A stretch of 64,000 nucleotides of DNA from Spongospora subterranea f. sp. subterranea (GCA_049724395.1 JAUGWO010000064.1:124001-188000); one strand, 5' to 3'. Shown: positions 12,651 to 26,062, counted from the stretch's first letter. Notes: generated by a model not told the origin, from the letters alone. Made by a program: numbers and translations.

Positions 12651-13100
12651 AATCAAAAAGTTTGAAAGGAGGATGAATCAGATAGTTCACGTCAAGACAG
12701 AATCCAACGTAATCTGCTACCGGAGCGAGCTTGATCAACTCGCACTGATGGTTACGGGTATCATTCATGGTCAAACAGTCCATTCGGCAGTCCGAACGGC
12801 CACCAATATGGCCCATCATGAAGGGGCGATCGACTGTCGAGGAACAAGCAGATATTGACAAACGATTTCAAGGAAAGCATCGTCAGTGACAGGAATCAAA
12901 TCACATGAAGAACGAAACGATCAGGTTGAAGTAGATTACCGGTAAAACATAACTTTGAAAAATACCAGAATTTTAGCCAAGAAATGGACTTGCAGAATAT
13001 GACGCATCACGCGCCTCAGCATGACATTTTGAACAGGAGCATTTGAACCTAAAATTACAGCCGAGGCCCTGACTGGCGACAGACTTTATGTGGAACTAAT

Positions 13101-14355
13101 TAGAGATGTGGAGTCGACTCAATGACTCGACTCCAAGTTTTGCTGAGTGACTCGGAGTCGAATCGACTTAATCGTCCAACCACAAATAATATATTTCAAT
13201 CACTTTAAGTTCGAGCCACGATTGTAATTCGCTCACTGCTGCAACGCTGCCATCTCCAAGGCGTGCGCGCCTCTTTGATACGGTTGTCCCTGCTCTGAAA
13301 ACTGCCTGTTCACTTGGAACCAACGTCGACATGATGCTCAAATACTCTTTAGCCATCATTGACACTCTTGGATACATGGAACAATTGAGTTTGAACCAAA
13401 GCAAAAGTCTCGACTGGACTGCTCGATTGACATGTTCGTGTGGGCAATCCAGCGTTTCATTTCGCATGCAAACGACTTTGAAAAGTTGTCGGACGTGCGA
13501 TGACTCTGCGCCGTTAGAAATAGAGCTTCAATGAGCTTGCTCTTCTTCTTTGCAGGCACTTCTGAAGAAGAACATCTGTCGAGTCCGTTTTCATTGTCGA
13601 CCCTGAACACTATTCGTCAAAACTTGAAACAATTCCATTAGTAGTTGTTAGATCCTGCTAACCTATTCATGTACTTCGTCGTATATGTGAACTCCACGAG
13701 AGCCTTCGCGTCGCCAACATCAACGCCCCAATTGGCTAACTTGCCAAGGGGTTTTCAGGTAAGACAATTTTTCTTTGAATCAAAATCCTCTGATTCGTTC
13801 ATGAAGTATAAGAAGATTAAGAAAAGTTATAACAAGATACTGAAATTGTAGATTGATTAAATTCAAAATGATCGAATAATAGTGAAGGATCCGACAATCC
13901 GTAGCACACTTCTATGGCTTTATTGTTAATCTTTTCGTCTGTGATGACAATCCTCGAAGTCCCAAACACCCTGAGTCATGAGTCGAGTCGACTCCGAGTC
14001 CGGTACCGCTGTTGGACATATTAATGACTAGGTGTTGCCAGATACGGATGTCGCAATGACTTCTGATCAAGTAGGCGCATCGGTGGCCGTCGCGGTTTGC
14101 CCTAGCATTGGGGCGTGTAAATGCAGCATGTTTTCATGGCTGGCATCTTGCAGCGGCGTTACAACATCATGGATATCGGTGGCCGTCGCCCAAGGGCCTG
14201 CTGGACAATGTCACCGTCCAGCATGCCTGGTGGTACTTCGTCCGAATCTGGAAATACCCAATCAGGGTAATCAGGTTGCTTTATCATTATTAATGTCCAA
14301 TAGCGGTACCGGACGGAACTCGAAGTCGACTCGACTCGTGAGTTGCGCATCTCTA
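13101..14355 (-). mobile_element. degenerate hAT DNA transposon
   Basis: Ends TAGAGATG (13101) and CATCTCTA (14355); clustered GAGTC/GACTC subterminal motifs at both ends. Remnant hAT dimerisation domain on the minus strand at 13168-13467 (LWFK...YPRVSMMAKEYLSI...VPSEQAVFRAG...KRRARL). No 8-bp TSD seen. Confidence 0.8.
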
Positions 14356-15410
14356 CTGTAGGTAGGATCTTGCGCTATCTTTGTTAAACCCTGGCGCAAT
14401 GCATTGGTGTGTCCGAAGATACAGTGTCACTGGCAAACCCACGGACTCCGTCAATCATTTAGATAAACGAAGTGGCAACTGCGGCGTCGTTTGTGTTGAT
14501 GGAGACCAGGTAGGGCTGGGCACCATCTTGTTCCGATTGTCCCAATGATTAACCTTTTCATCGTGAGCCGGTCGATGTGCTAACCTGTGTGTGTGTTTAC
14601 CCTTCCAAACCTTACGGTTCTGGCGCTAATGGTTGTTTCTGCTTCGTTGCCGATTTCCCATCGAGTACCCCCTATTTCATAGGGCGATCTCGGTGAGTAT
14701 TCACCAACCTATCGCCGTCTTTTCCGCTGGGAGTTATGCACATACAGGGCATCGAACCGGTCTGAGAGCGTTTTGGATATGAGATATGAGGGATCACAAT
14801 TTATTTTCAATTTGTTTATTATTGATCCTGAATTTGTATTTTAACAGAGCCCTTTTTACAGGTTTTGACAAAGTGCTGTTCAATCTTATTGGGGTGCTAA
14901 TATGATAAAATAAACTTGATTTTGTTGTAGATTAGTGTCTGGTCGTTGACTTCAGAATCATGTGCTGATCGTTTGGCCGCTTGTTTAAAATTCGAGTTGC
15001 TGCTGAAAATTGAGCAGATATGACTGTTGGAACACAAACGAAGTGCAACGACCAATTGTGTTGCAGATATTTTGCTAAATTATTCACCAACAGGTTTCAG
15101 ACTCTCTCTGATATTGAACTGATCAAAACAACATCGTTCACCGGTTATGTCATATGTATCGTTCCGTTTCATTTTGCTGAACCGAGATGGAAACATGACC
15201 GTAATCGAACTGTCGCCGCGAGGCAGCACGACCTTCTCTTGGGGTGACCAGCTTTGTCCCGATATATAATACCCGTTCTATACACATCCATTGTGATATT
15301 GGGAAGAACAATTCGCCATGAGAGAGTCTTGTGAGACCTCACACACGTACATGGTCCTTTGATATACACGAATCTACATGCGATCCAACAACACGTAATT
15401 TACGGTCAGA

Positions 15411-15924
15411 GTCCATGTGAAGCTTATCTCAGCATTATTCGACAATGTCGTTGGACGCTTTATGAACTTCGACGATGGGTACGGTCTAATATTGATTTTG
15501 GAATGGACTCAGAGAATCTTCAAAGTCGAATGACATTTTATTCATGTTTATGATTCTCACGACTAAATGCTTTTCGTCATGAAATTGAATTATCGCTGTT
15601 TGATGGCCGTCGTTGTATTAATGCGTCGTCGCTACATTAAGGAAATTCATTTTATTCTGCATAACCGTCGTTACCATCTCTGGTTGTCTCCCATTATTCC
15701 ATTACCGTCTAGGTCCCAACGACGTGGATGACGTGGTGGCAAAAATCGGCGATTATACGAAGACATTAGTCGCATGAAGTATAACCATGTATAAAATGCA
15801 ATTTCGACCTTGAGTGTATTATGAACAACTTTCTGAGTCCATTCCAAACATTCGATCGAACCCATCGTCGTAGTTCAAAAAGCTTCCACCTGTCGAGAAG
15901 TGTTGAGATAAGTCGCACATGGAC
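15411..15924. repeat. long degenerate inverted repeat (~160-bp arms)
   Basis: 15411-~15570 matches the reverse complement of ~15761-15924; perfect 17-bp core TTTGGAATGGACTCAGA (15497-15513 / 15832-15848). Confidence 0.85.
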
Positions 15925-17622
15925 ACCAAGTGTGTCTTGCCTATCCTGTGTACCCGTCTTGTCTCACTTTATCTGCTCTGTAAATTCACAAACATCTTCA
16001 CCCGCATCGGTTAGCCGCATTCATTTTCTTCACTCGCAATGAAGACAGCAACAAGGATGATAGGCCATTTGCGGCATGTCTTCTTGACAGGACTCGGGGA
16101 ATCCTGACGATATTGGGGTTGCACTGTACCAGGGTACTGGGTCGAATAGGGTATAGGAATAGAGGATTGAAGATTGACTACTGAGGATGAATTCAACTCT
16201 CTGAATAATAAACACTCTTTAATTGATAAACACTTTCTGATTGATAACCACTGCATTGGGCATCTTCACCCGCATTGGTCAACCGCAATGGTCATCACAA
16301 AGGTGGTTCCCTGTTACTCTACAGAAATCGTCCGTTCAGGCGCACTTGGGTTGAGGGGCCCTGTTGGAAAACCAAAGTGTAACTCAAACAAAGTGTCCCC
16401 GCAGCCCGGTGTTACCCTCTGCACCGTAGAGTCGTTTATTGGGCAGCGCAAGCACACATCGAAACGATTCCTCTCTGGGGAGCCTGCCCGCAATAACGAC
16501 GATAGTGGCGTCACAGTAGACAAAACCATTGTCAACTTGGGTTTCAAAACAATTGTTGCCTTTTATTTTAATCTGTCATGCTAAACAAACACCTGTCGAA
16601 AATTTAAAATATTACTTGGTACTGGGTAATCTACAAGATGACTTGTTAACCCAACATTCAAGAATCTCTGTTGAAATGATAATTCGGCTGTTGAGCTGCG
16701 AAGTCGTGGGTTTCCAGCGATCAGCGTTTTGTGCACCAATCCAGCTGCAAAGTTCTCATTTGAATCACAAGTAAAATGAAGTGCGACAATTGCCCGGCAC
16801 CCTGAGTTGTCGGAGTCTCAAGTAAATGACGTCCAAACGTGGACCACACGCACTCCACAGCAACGATGCGGAATTAATCTTTCACTAACTTTTAAAAAAA
16901 ACATTCAATCTGTAATTTTTGCGAATCTGCAAAAAAATTGCGAAATGAAAATATAACAAAAACCACGATTTTACTTCTCAATTGACCCTGATCCAAACCA
17001 ATTCCCATCTGGGTATTGCTTTGGACCAACGTCCGGTTGATGTGGCGGGGCCTCTCGGTGCCGGCCATCTGGTCATCTCGGGGACTTCAGTCCCGAATAT
17101 ATGGCGGGGCGAGGGAATGTTTCCCTTCCCATCACCACTCTATTTTTTAAATAAACTCACTCCGATATTAAATTGATCAAAAAATCGACATCGTTGTCTG
17201 ACAATGACGAACAGGCCTGGTCAAACGGCTACTGTAGATGATGATGAAAATCGGGGGGAAACAGTACTCATTCAAAACAATGAACGCAAAGCACAACTTG
17301 TTTCGGGTTTTAATTTACATTCCGTTATTTAGATTGCAATGGTAAACCGGGGACCATAACATACAACACGATGGAGTACAGTATTGGTCAACACGGTTTC
17401 CGTTTCCGTGAAAATCACGAGCGCTGAACAAAATCGCAATTGAACCACGATGATTCGCTTACACATTCCACGATCACAGATTCTTCAAATCATTCTTCAC
17501 CCACCATATCGATCAACACTTACGAGAAGATTTGTGGTGGGGCTCTTCTTTCTCAATACAAACCTCCAATAATTCCGGTTTGCGGTTTATAACCTATCCG
17601 GCGCGGATATTCGAGCAACTGT

Positions 17623-18569
17623 ATGATCCGGGTGGCGCAATCGCACATGAGTCGTCCTGGCCCGGGAGTCCTGGTGCCATTGCCCGCTAAGACCGACCAG
17701 GCCCAGGTCAACATCGGCGACGACATCGCCCATGCAATTCAGATTTCCTCAGACGAAGATGTCCCGATCGAGCACGATAGGGATTGCGACGAAGTCATCA
17801 CCTTGTCGGATACCGAGCCGGACACTTCGACATTGAGCGTCAATCTCAGTAAAAAACTGGGTCGTTTTTGAAGATCTGACTGTTGCTGATCGAGAGAATT
17901 TGTATGGTAGTTCATACGATCATGGCGTCGTTATTGCCGAAAGCGGAATACCTGGCCGAGACCTATGAATCGCGTCGATACACTTTGATTCTGTATTGGC
18001 ACCCAAACCAGAACAATATCTACACGGGCGTTCTGTTGGCGAAACCGGATAAGGTCACGGTGATGTCAGGCGGTGATTTCCTGGAACCGTTCGCCTTCAA
18101 CTGTCTGTTGCTGAAACGGACTTTGCCCAGTATTCGCCCAGGAGCGTCGGCCCCAATCGCCTCCATATCTGGCGTGAATGGTTTTCCTAACCTCAGCACG
18201 TGCTATTGCCATCATAGCTTTCTTTACGAAGACGATCTCTCTTGCCGAGCGAATATCGCAGCGTTTTTCCAGTCGATCACGCGTATACACGGATTTCTCG
18301 TCGATGACGATGGCGAAATCGTCGATGATGAAACACCTGCAATCAATTCCTCGTCGCCGGCAACGTTCATGTGTCGATACCCGGAAAGGGCGCTAGATCG
18401 TTGCCCCATCTGTCACCAGCGAGTATTTGATCCAGAGCACTTCCTCAGGCACGAATCCGATCTGTGGAACGAGCTGCCCGAAGGCGACCGTCAATCCATC
18501 CACGAGAGCGCCCTTAACAGAACCGCACGAATCAGGCGCATCGTCAACAGAATAAACCAATCTGTCTAA
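17623..18569 (+). CDS. hypothetical protein with SIM-like motifs and a C-terminal C2H2-like Zn finger
   Basis: Two collinear ORFs separated by a probable short intron; IQISSDED, VITLSD and CPICHQRVFDPEHFLRH. Confidence 0.55.
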
Positions 18570-18664
18570 TCCATCGTCGTGCCCCCCCCCCCCGGTTTCT
18601 GATCAACCCGCAAAAAAAAACGATCGCCCAAACTCCCGGAGTAATCAGTCGACTGATGTGGTGA

Positions 18665-19304
18665 ATGGCGCCACCCCGATGGCTGGCCGTCACAGCGTCA
18701 TGGACGAGCGCATGGGGCCAACTGGATTCGACGGCCGGTCTGCTGTCGGAATGCTGCCAGCGGATAGCGACACTGGAGTCGGATCCCGATTCATGTCTGT
18801 CGGAACGCGCGCGATTTCGGTTCGGTTTTCTTTCTGAATTGTTCGTCGTGTTTAGTGGGGGCGCTGTCGAGTATTAATGGGCTCCATTCTCGTCTGGTTG
18901 TCGCTCACGCTAATCAGATCAGTGATTTGCTCTCGATCATCTCGATCATCGTCACGAATGATCTGTCGTCGCTTATCGCCGAACTCGATTCCGTTTTTGC
19001 CCGGATTCCGGGCTCGAATCTTCACCATCGAGCAATGATCCATACCGTTATCAGTACGTACGAGCAAGAACGCGTTCGCTTAAGGATTACGTTTGATCGA
19101 TTACAACAAGCCGTTCGCAGCGATATGGATTGGGGCCAGGCCGCTTCTCTATCACGAAAGCTGGGCCCCGATCGCTCTGTTTCGAACCCATCGTTTGGTA
19201 TGTCTTTAACAATTTACATCGTCGATTTATTGATTGTTTTTTTGGCTTAAGTTCAAGCAATTCGAGATCTACGCGCTACTTCGTCCGAATCCAATCAGTT
19301 TTGA
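18665..19304 (+). CDS. hypothetical helical protein, ~3 exons
   Basis: ORFs 18665 and 18855 joined by a probable intron ending TTTAG; GTATGT...TTAAG intron to a last exon ending TGA at 19304. Confidence 0.5.
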
Positions 19305-20312
19305 TTACAATCCGTTATTTCAACCAACGCATGAATTTCGATTTTCAATTTTATTAGTACGTTCAACAGTTCATTTACGGTAAAAGGAACGATGCCCTCA
19401 CCAACAATGTGATGATTCAACACAAGGAGTGAGTCATGGACCACTCTCGCTACACATCTTGAGTCAAGCGAAATGTCATATGTCTCGATCAGTTGTCTTA
19501 ATTCTTCGATTTTTCTTTCTAAAGATCATCTAGTCAATTTTGTTTACTTCTAGTTCTTGCTGATATTTCCAAAAAACCAGCTCCTCGATCAATGACTTGC
19601 TGAATTATCGACGTCGTTGTATTCGGCTTCTGTAGACGAGTGACGCCTTCTTTTTTTTTAAATCTGCCCAAACCTTAACCATAACTTTCGAAAAAGTCCC
19701 AATGCTCATGTCGCTCGCATGGAGCGCCTTTGCATTTGTTGGTCGGGTGATTTTCTGGCAAAAACAATAAACTGGCGAGGTGATTTGAATTGATAAATAA
19801 AGCAAACCGAGTGGATCTTAGATGTTTTAATCGTTTGAGATCTGAGGTTCTTGTTCTAGTCGTATGACATATTAATGGGTTGAAACTTGCTTGACCAAAA
19901 TGTTCCGTTGGCCGATTGGATTTGGTAAAATATGCAGGCCAAACCTTGAGCTTGGGTTCACAATCTTGCATCTGATACGAAAAAAAAAGAACGACCAGAT
20001 TATGCACAACAGCGATCAGAGAATGATCAATTTGAACGAGTTTTTTCAACGGATTCCTCTTGAATATGTAAGTACAACATGAGCGTGATCCTGCTATAGA
20101 GGAACTTATGAGCAATATGAAACCGTTCGTACGCTGTTGACTTCTGCCTTCGGCTGAAGATGCCCTCATGTTGTGCAATGCTTTCCTGCAACGTTGGATA
20201 ATCTGTGATCTTGCGTCCCTGTCGCCGATTTACAAAAATTGAATCACCGTGAGGAATGAATCAAATCGAATTATGTAAATACACAGGTCATGACTTTCAT
20301 GTCATGTATTAT

Positions 20313-20397
20313 CCCTCCTTAGCTCAGTTGGAAGAGCGGGGCACTGTAGATTATCGCTGTTATGCTCAGGTCACCCGTTCGACCCGGGTAGGGGGGA
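20313..20397 (+). tRNA. tRNA-Tyr(GTA) with 12-nt intron (20350-20361)
   Basis: Acceptor CCCTCCT/AGGGGGG, D arm GCTC/GAGC, anticodon stem GGGCA/TGCTC with GTA at 20346-20348, T arm ACCCG-TTCGACC-CGGGT. C1:G72 and A73 are the eukaryotic Tyr identity elements; the intron follows position 37. Confidence 0.95.
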
Positions 20398-20401
20398 TGT
20401 C

Positions 20402-20408
20402 TTTTTTT
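20402..20408 (+). terminator. RNA polymerase III oligo-T terminator
   Basis: T7 run immediately downstream of the tRNA. Confidence 0.8.
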
Positions 20409-20584
20409 CGATTCTCCATTGATCAAAGCTTCGTTCGATTCGTCCAAACATTTCCTTAAGAACGGGCATTTACTTTTGTAGCGAATAGGTGATGTGGTTT
20501 TGAATTTCAAAGCGAAAACCAGAACTTAATGGTATACGGTGATTCCTTCACGTCGTCATTTAAATTAAGTACCGCTATCTGCGA

Positions 20585-22461
20585 ATGTGGATCAGGAGGT
20601 GCCAATCGCGATGTCTTTCTTCCATGCGAATAGCCAGGCGCCCCGACCTAGCTGCTGTCAGCGATGAGCATATTCGCTCCCTGTCGCGGCTGTGCCCGAA
20701 CAACAGTCGGGACGAGGTCTTTCTGGCTGTTGCCAATATCGATTGGCTAGGGAAATACAAAGGGCACAGCCCCTTGATCTTATACCCTTCTTCCACACAC
20801 GAGGTCGCCGCCGCCTTGAGGTATTGCTCCGGCAAGCGCCTTGGCGTTGTTGTTCAAGGCGGGAACACAAGCTTGGTCGGTGGCGCTACCCCAGTTCATG
20901 ACGAGATCGTTCTAGATATGAGACGAATGAACAACATCATCGAAATCGATCAAGAGCAGCAAGTATTGATATGCGACGCCGGATGCATTTTACAGCAATT
21001 AGATCAAAAACTGGAAACTGTTGGTCTCACCATGCCGTTGGATCTCGGCGCCAAAGGATCTTGCCAAATCGGTGGCAATGTGGCAACCAATGCGGGTGGG
21101 TACGTCCACTTTCGTTCCGTCGCGTTTTCGTTCGATGTTGCTGATTTGGAACACGGCAGAATCCGACTTGTCCGATATGGGTCGTTGCATGCCAATGTGA
21201 TTGGCCTAGAATGGGTTATGGCAAATGGCACTGTGTTCAACAATATCACTACGTTGCGAAAAGATAATACCGGTTAGTCCCAGTGACAATGTTGTCGGCT
21301 CGGCTCTATATTGACGACAGTTTTAGGGTTTGATTTAAAGCAACTCATGATTGGAAGCGAAGGGTCGCTTGGAATCATTACTAAAGTAGCTTTACTGGTG
21401 CCAAGGAAGCCAACGACCATCAACCTGTCATATCTCGCGCTGGAATCGTTTGATAAGGTACAGGAACACTTCTGACATGTTTTGTGCTGGGTCAACGTCG
21501 TGCAGGTCATCGAGGCGCTCCACTGTGCTCGTTTTCACTTAGGGGAAATATTGTCTGCGATTGAGTTCCAAGTCAGTCAACGTCCATTGAGCCCACTACA
21601 GCTCCATTTAAGTGAGTTTCTTCTAGGATCGACAGTCGTTAGAGTTCGTTTTGGCAAACCATCCCGGATCGCAAGATCCAATGGATAAAAGTTACCCGTT
21701 CTACATGGTTTGTCCAACTTTGTTGTTCGTAATGCAGCATTGACGGAAATCGCAGATCGTCGAAGCCTCAGGTTTTCGTCAAGAGCATGATGCAGATCGG
21801 ATGTCAAGGTTTCTCGAAGATGCTCTGGATCGTCAGATAATTGCCGATGGCACTCTAGCGCAGGTCGTGAGAATATAGTCGCTTTTTAATATCAGCTGGC
21901 TAACTCCTCATTTAGGATTCTACACAAATCGCGGGGCTTTGGGCGCTCAGAGAATCGGTCGCCGAGTCTGTTGGCAAATCAGGGTCGGTGTTCAAGTACG
22001 ACTTATCACTTCCGGTTAAAGACATGTACACGATGGTTGAAGCGATGCGAACCAGACTTGCTCCTGTGATCTCTCCGGATCTGATATGCGGATATGGACA
22101 CGTTGGCGACTCCAACCTTCATCTCAATATTGTTTCGCCGGAATTCTCTGACAAGGTACAAGACCTAACAGAGCCTTTTGTATATGATCTCACTAGGAAG
22201 ATGGGAGGATCCATTAGCGCAGAACATGGTATTGCCGTGTTTTTCAATACCTTTGGAAAATTTTGACTGACACACGAAACAGGTCTTGGCCTAATGAAAG
22301 CTCCTTACATATCTTACTCAAAGAGCGAAGCTCAAATTAGATTGATGCAGCAGGTTAAGGACCTGTTTGATCCGAATGGTATTCTGAACCCATATAAAGT
22401 GCTACCTGTTGCCCCCAAGCCAGAGCCAGCACAGTCTATAATTTATCAAGGCAAACCTTGA
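20585..22461 (+). CDS. D2HGDH: D-2-hydroxyglutarate dehydrogenase, mitochondrial (multi-exon)
   Basis: QGGNTSLVGGATPVHDEIVL, PLDLGAKGSCQIGGNVATNAGG, LRKDNTG, YKYD-like FKYDLSLP, GYGHVGDSNLHLN, GSISAEHG, FDPNGILNPYK; Arg-rich presequence. Confidence 0.95.
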
Positions 22462-23002
22462 AACCTTCTCAATACAACTCTTGGTGCCTTCTGTGAAGCC
22501 CTGTGTTTCAGCGTCCATCGATCCCCACCAGCGTCAAGGACAGATGCGAATCAATAGACTCGGCAAGACAGCTTTGAAGATTGGAATATGTATGACGGCG
22601 GCCGACTGAATATCAGCCACAATACCATGGAAACAGTTTAAAAAAAAGCACCTTGCTCGATATCGCCATTGGTCCAGCTAGCATAGAGTGCATGTCGAAG
22701 TAGAAAGGTTGGTGAACTGAATGCAGTTGCAGCGAGTTTCGGCGCAAATGGTGTAATTGGATGACAGAACCGTCTCGTAATGGGCAATGGTAAACAGTAG
22801 TTCAGTGGTATAGAGATTCAGGTTCGTGCGACACTCTGACCAGAGGATCACAGCAAATAATGGCGTTGTTGGCGTCTCCTCCAACTCGCAAACAATACTT
22901 AATTTGACATTGGCATCTGGTAAAAATTGAGCGCAGCACCAGCTTGAAAAAACATTAGAGAAACGTGAATTCAATTGGACGTTGTATAGATAAGGCAATT
23001 AA

Positions 23003-24934
23003 TTATATGTTACTCTTCAAATTGTTTACTTGCTCTTCCAGCATTCTCAGAAGTATTGAATTAATTAGAACCATATTTGCCTCATTGTGAAGCCGTTTTC
23101 TCGCCATGTCGGTCAAAAAGTTCAATTTACGCGTCCTCCCTTTGACAACGTAATCATGAACCTACAGCACTGAATTAGTTGCTCGAAAACTCTCAATGGA
23201 AAAAAAACAAACTTCTGAAGGGAAATCGCGGATCACGGATGCACAGGCGGGTTCCAGCACCTCAGCGGATGAAATAGTGGACAAATGATGCTCGGCGATA
23301 ATAACATTAACCGGTCTATCATCTCCATTCATTAATATTTCTAACAGAGTTTTAGCACTGAAACCTAATTCCAGAATGAAAACCGTACATTGCCATCCAA
23401 TTCGATTTTTTACCAGTAATCACCCCAGAATTTACAAGGTCAGCCAAGTCTCTGAAGCAAATCGGAGAAACCGGACAAGACGAAATCGTAAGGTCCATCT
23501 TAGATAGTCGTCCAAACAACTCATTGACGATCCACTTCGCAACGATAGCTCCGGTTTCTAGATTAAGAAAATATCAAGACAATCGACATATACATATCAA
23601 AACGGATCTTACCTGATGATGGCGGTCTGACATTTATGACCGACAAGAAGTATGAATACAGATCAGGATTAGACGATATGATCTCAGCAGCCTAAACGAA
23701 CAAATGAATAACATGGCAAGAACTGGACCGCTATAAAGTACGTTGGAGGGAACGGAGAAGTCGTTTTTAAGTCGCTCGAGAATCTGCTCGGGAAGTTCGC
23801 CCATCGATTCGCGAACATCCTCCACGAAGGAATCAGGCAGGTATAAAACAGGCAGATCTATTCTGAATCAGTTGCCTTTACCCGCTGGATGAGAAAAAAC
23901 TGACCTGGGTCATTGAACATTCGATAGTCTTTGCTCGTTTCCTTTGATCGGATAACTTCAGTGATCCCCGTCAAAGCGTTGTAGTTTCTTGTCTCTCGGG
24001 TTATTTTTAGCCCTATTGACGGTTTATGTTGATGGTAGCTGAGTAATTCATGTTAAACCTTGATCAAGAACGGCTGTCTGTCTTTTCGCCTCGAAATCGA
24101 TAGCTTTTTCAATGGACTTGATGCTATTTAGGTTTTTGATCTCTACACGATCGTTCGCAGACATATCGCCAGATGCATCCATTAACGAAACGTTGACGTC
24201 AACCCGCAGCGACCCATTTGCCATTATTCCATCACATATACCTGTCGAATTGTAAACGTGGGGAACTATGAACACATGAGAATTACCTAAATGAGAGAGC
24301 ACGCTTTGCAGTTTTTTGACAACTGCTGCCGCTTGCTTTCCATTTCGCATGTCAGGCAGAGTAACTATTTCTATCAGTGGAACACCAGCACGATTCAGGT
24401 CGACATGATTATAATGGTCGTCGATATCGCAGATAGTCTTTCCAGAGTCCTACAATGATTTGTTCGCCGCAGCGCCCTGAGAACCAACTAGTAAACGCAC
24501 CTGTTCCAACTGAATTCGATCAAGGCGGATTTTTAACCCATCGCTTAGAGATATAAATCCCCCTGATATCAGCGGATGGTCTTGTTGTGTTATTTGATAA
24601 CCAGAAGGCATATCGCCATAAAAATAGTGTTTTCGAACAAATCGAGAACAACGGGCGATTTACAATACCATTTAGAGCTGTAGAGTAATTAGATCTCGAT
24701 GATAAGATATTCAACAGCTGCAGATCAAGTTCTACCTATTCCGGCTTTAACTGCTAGGCGAACTGATTCTCTATTGAGTCTGGGAAGCGTTCCTGGCGAA
24801 GCGACATCATAAAAGCTGACGGCGCTGTTCGGTGGTGCATTCGGTGGTGGCCGAACCGTCCTGGAAAAGAGCTTGTGCACCGTCTTGAGCTGTGCATGGA
24901 TTTCCAGGCCGACAACCGTTTGCCACGGTCCCAT
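23003..24934 (-). CDS. GATB: Glu-tRNA(Gln) amidotransferase subunit B (multi-exon)
   Basis: [59 protein letters not shown] and RVEIKNLNS; last exon ends TAA at 23003. Apparent +1 frameshift near 24653. Confidence 0.93.
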
Positions 24935-25636
24935 TATCGGACTGATTCAGGCGGGCGTCTTCGCGACAAACACCGTGTGGTGAAATGATGGATGATTAAA
25001 TAATGGTGCAGTCATCAATGCATGCTGCAACTGTATCATGATGACGAACCCGTAGGTAACGCTAATTGATTTATGTTTTATGACTGTTTTATGGGGGTTA
25101 CGTCTCAAAAAGGCATGCAAACTTCTACACTGTGACGAGGTGGAAGTTGCGACTACGGAGGGTTCCGGCCGGCACTCATCCGGTCATGCCTACTCATGAG
25201 TTTACCGGTTACAACTACGAGGACATATCCCGATGACGGTCCGGCCATAAGCACAGATTTCGAAGAGTATTAGAGTCAGAACGATAATGGCGCGGTGTTG
25301 GATTGAGCGAGAGATGCAGGATACCCTTTTAGCTAATCATCGCTGATATCGTATTAGATTGCTGACATTCGCAGCCAATCTTTAGTAAACGACTACCAAT
25401 AGAGACCAGAAATGTCGAAAACACCAATCTGTTGCAGGATCGGAGCCTTTTCATGACTAATGTCGACGGTCAATCTCAACATTGCTGAGTGATTAGTCAA
25501 AGTAGTATCTACCGCTGCCAGCAATACAACCAAAGCGTAAATCCACTCATCCATCAATTCATGCAAATTTTCATTCGCAATATGGCATTAGTTCGAGTCG
25601 CTAACACTTTCATACTGACGTCGTCGGTCAAAACCG

Positions 25637-25746
25637 GGGGACGGCCGCCTGAGAACCGTCAAGTACATGGGGACGACCGCCTGAGAACCGTCAAGTACAT
25701 GGGGACGACCGCCTGAAATTCGTCAATCAAATGGGGACGACCGCCT
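25637..25746. repeat. 32-bp tandem repeat, ~3.4 copies
   Basis: GGGGACG(A/G)CCGCCTGAGAACCGTCAAGTACAT units start at 25637, 25669, 25701 (diverged 3' half) and 25733 (partial). Confidence 0.92.
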
Positions 25747-26062
25747 ACCGGTATTGTGAGGCAAGTCATGGGTCAAACCGGAGGGGGAGGATGACCGACC
25801 ATACTCATGAGCCAAGTCAAAGTTCAACCTGCGCAGATTCTCAAAGAGGCGCCCTCTGGTTTTGAAATACCGGACTGCGCGACGACTGGCACTGACGGCT
25901 CGCCATCATGGTCGCAAGAAAATCACATCTAGAATGTACCTATAATGACCAATCTGGGCTCCGTTTATCTGTGTTTGCTTATTTAATCGCGAATCAGACT
26001 TATTTTCTAACACTTGTTTATCAACTCTCTCGATCGCCTGGAGGTCGTGAATCATTGATCCC

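Noticed and set aside
16011..16600. Gypsy integrase remnant (GDTLFELHFGFP resembles TPFELLFG)
   Set aside because: One short motif only; no DDE core, RT or LTRs identifiable.
25637..25746. Mini-CRISPR (14-bp constant part plus 18-bp variable part)
   Set aside because: The first two 'spacers' are identical and the third is a diverged copy; it is a simple tandem repeat.
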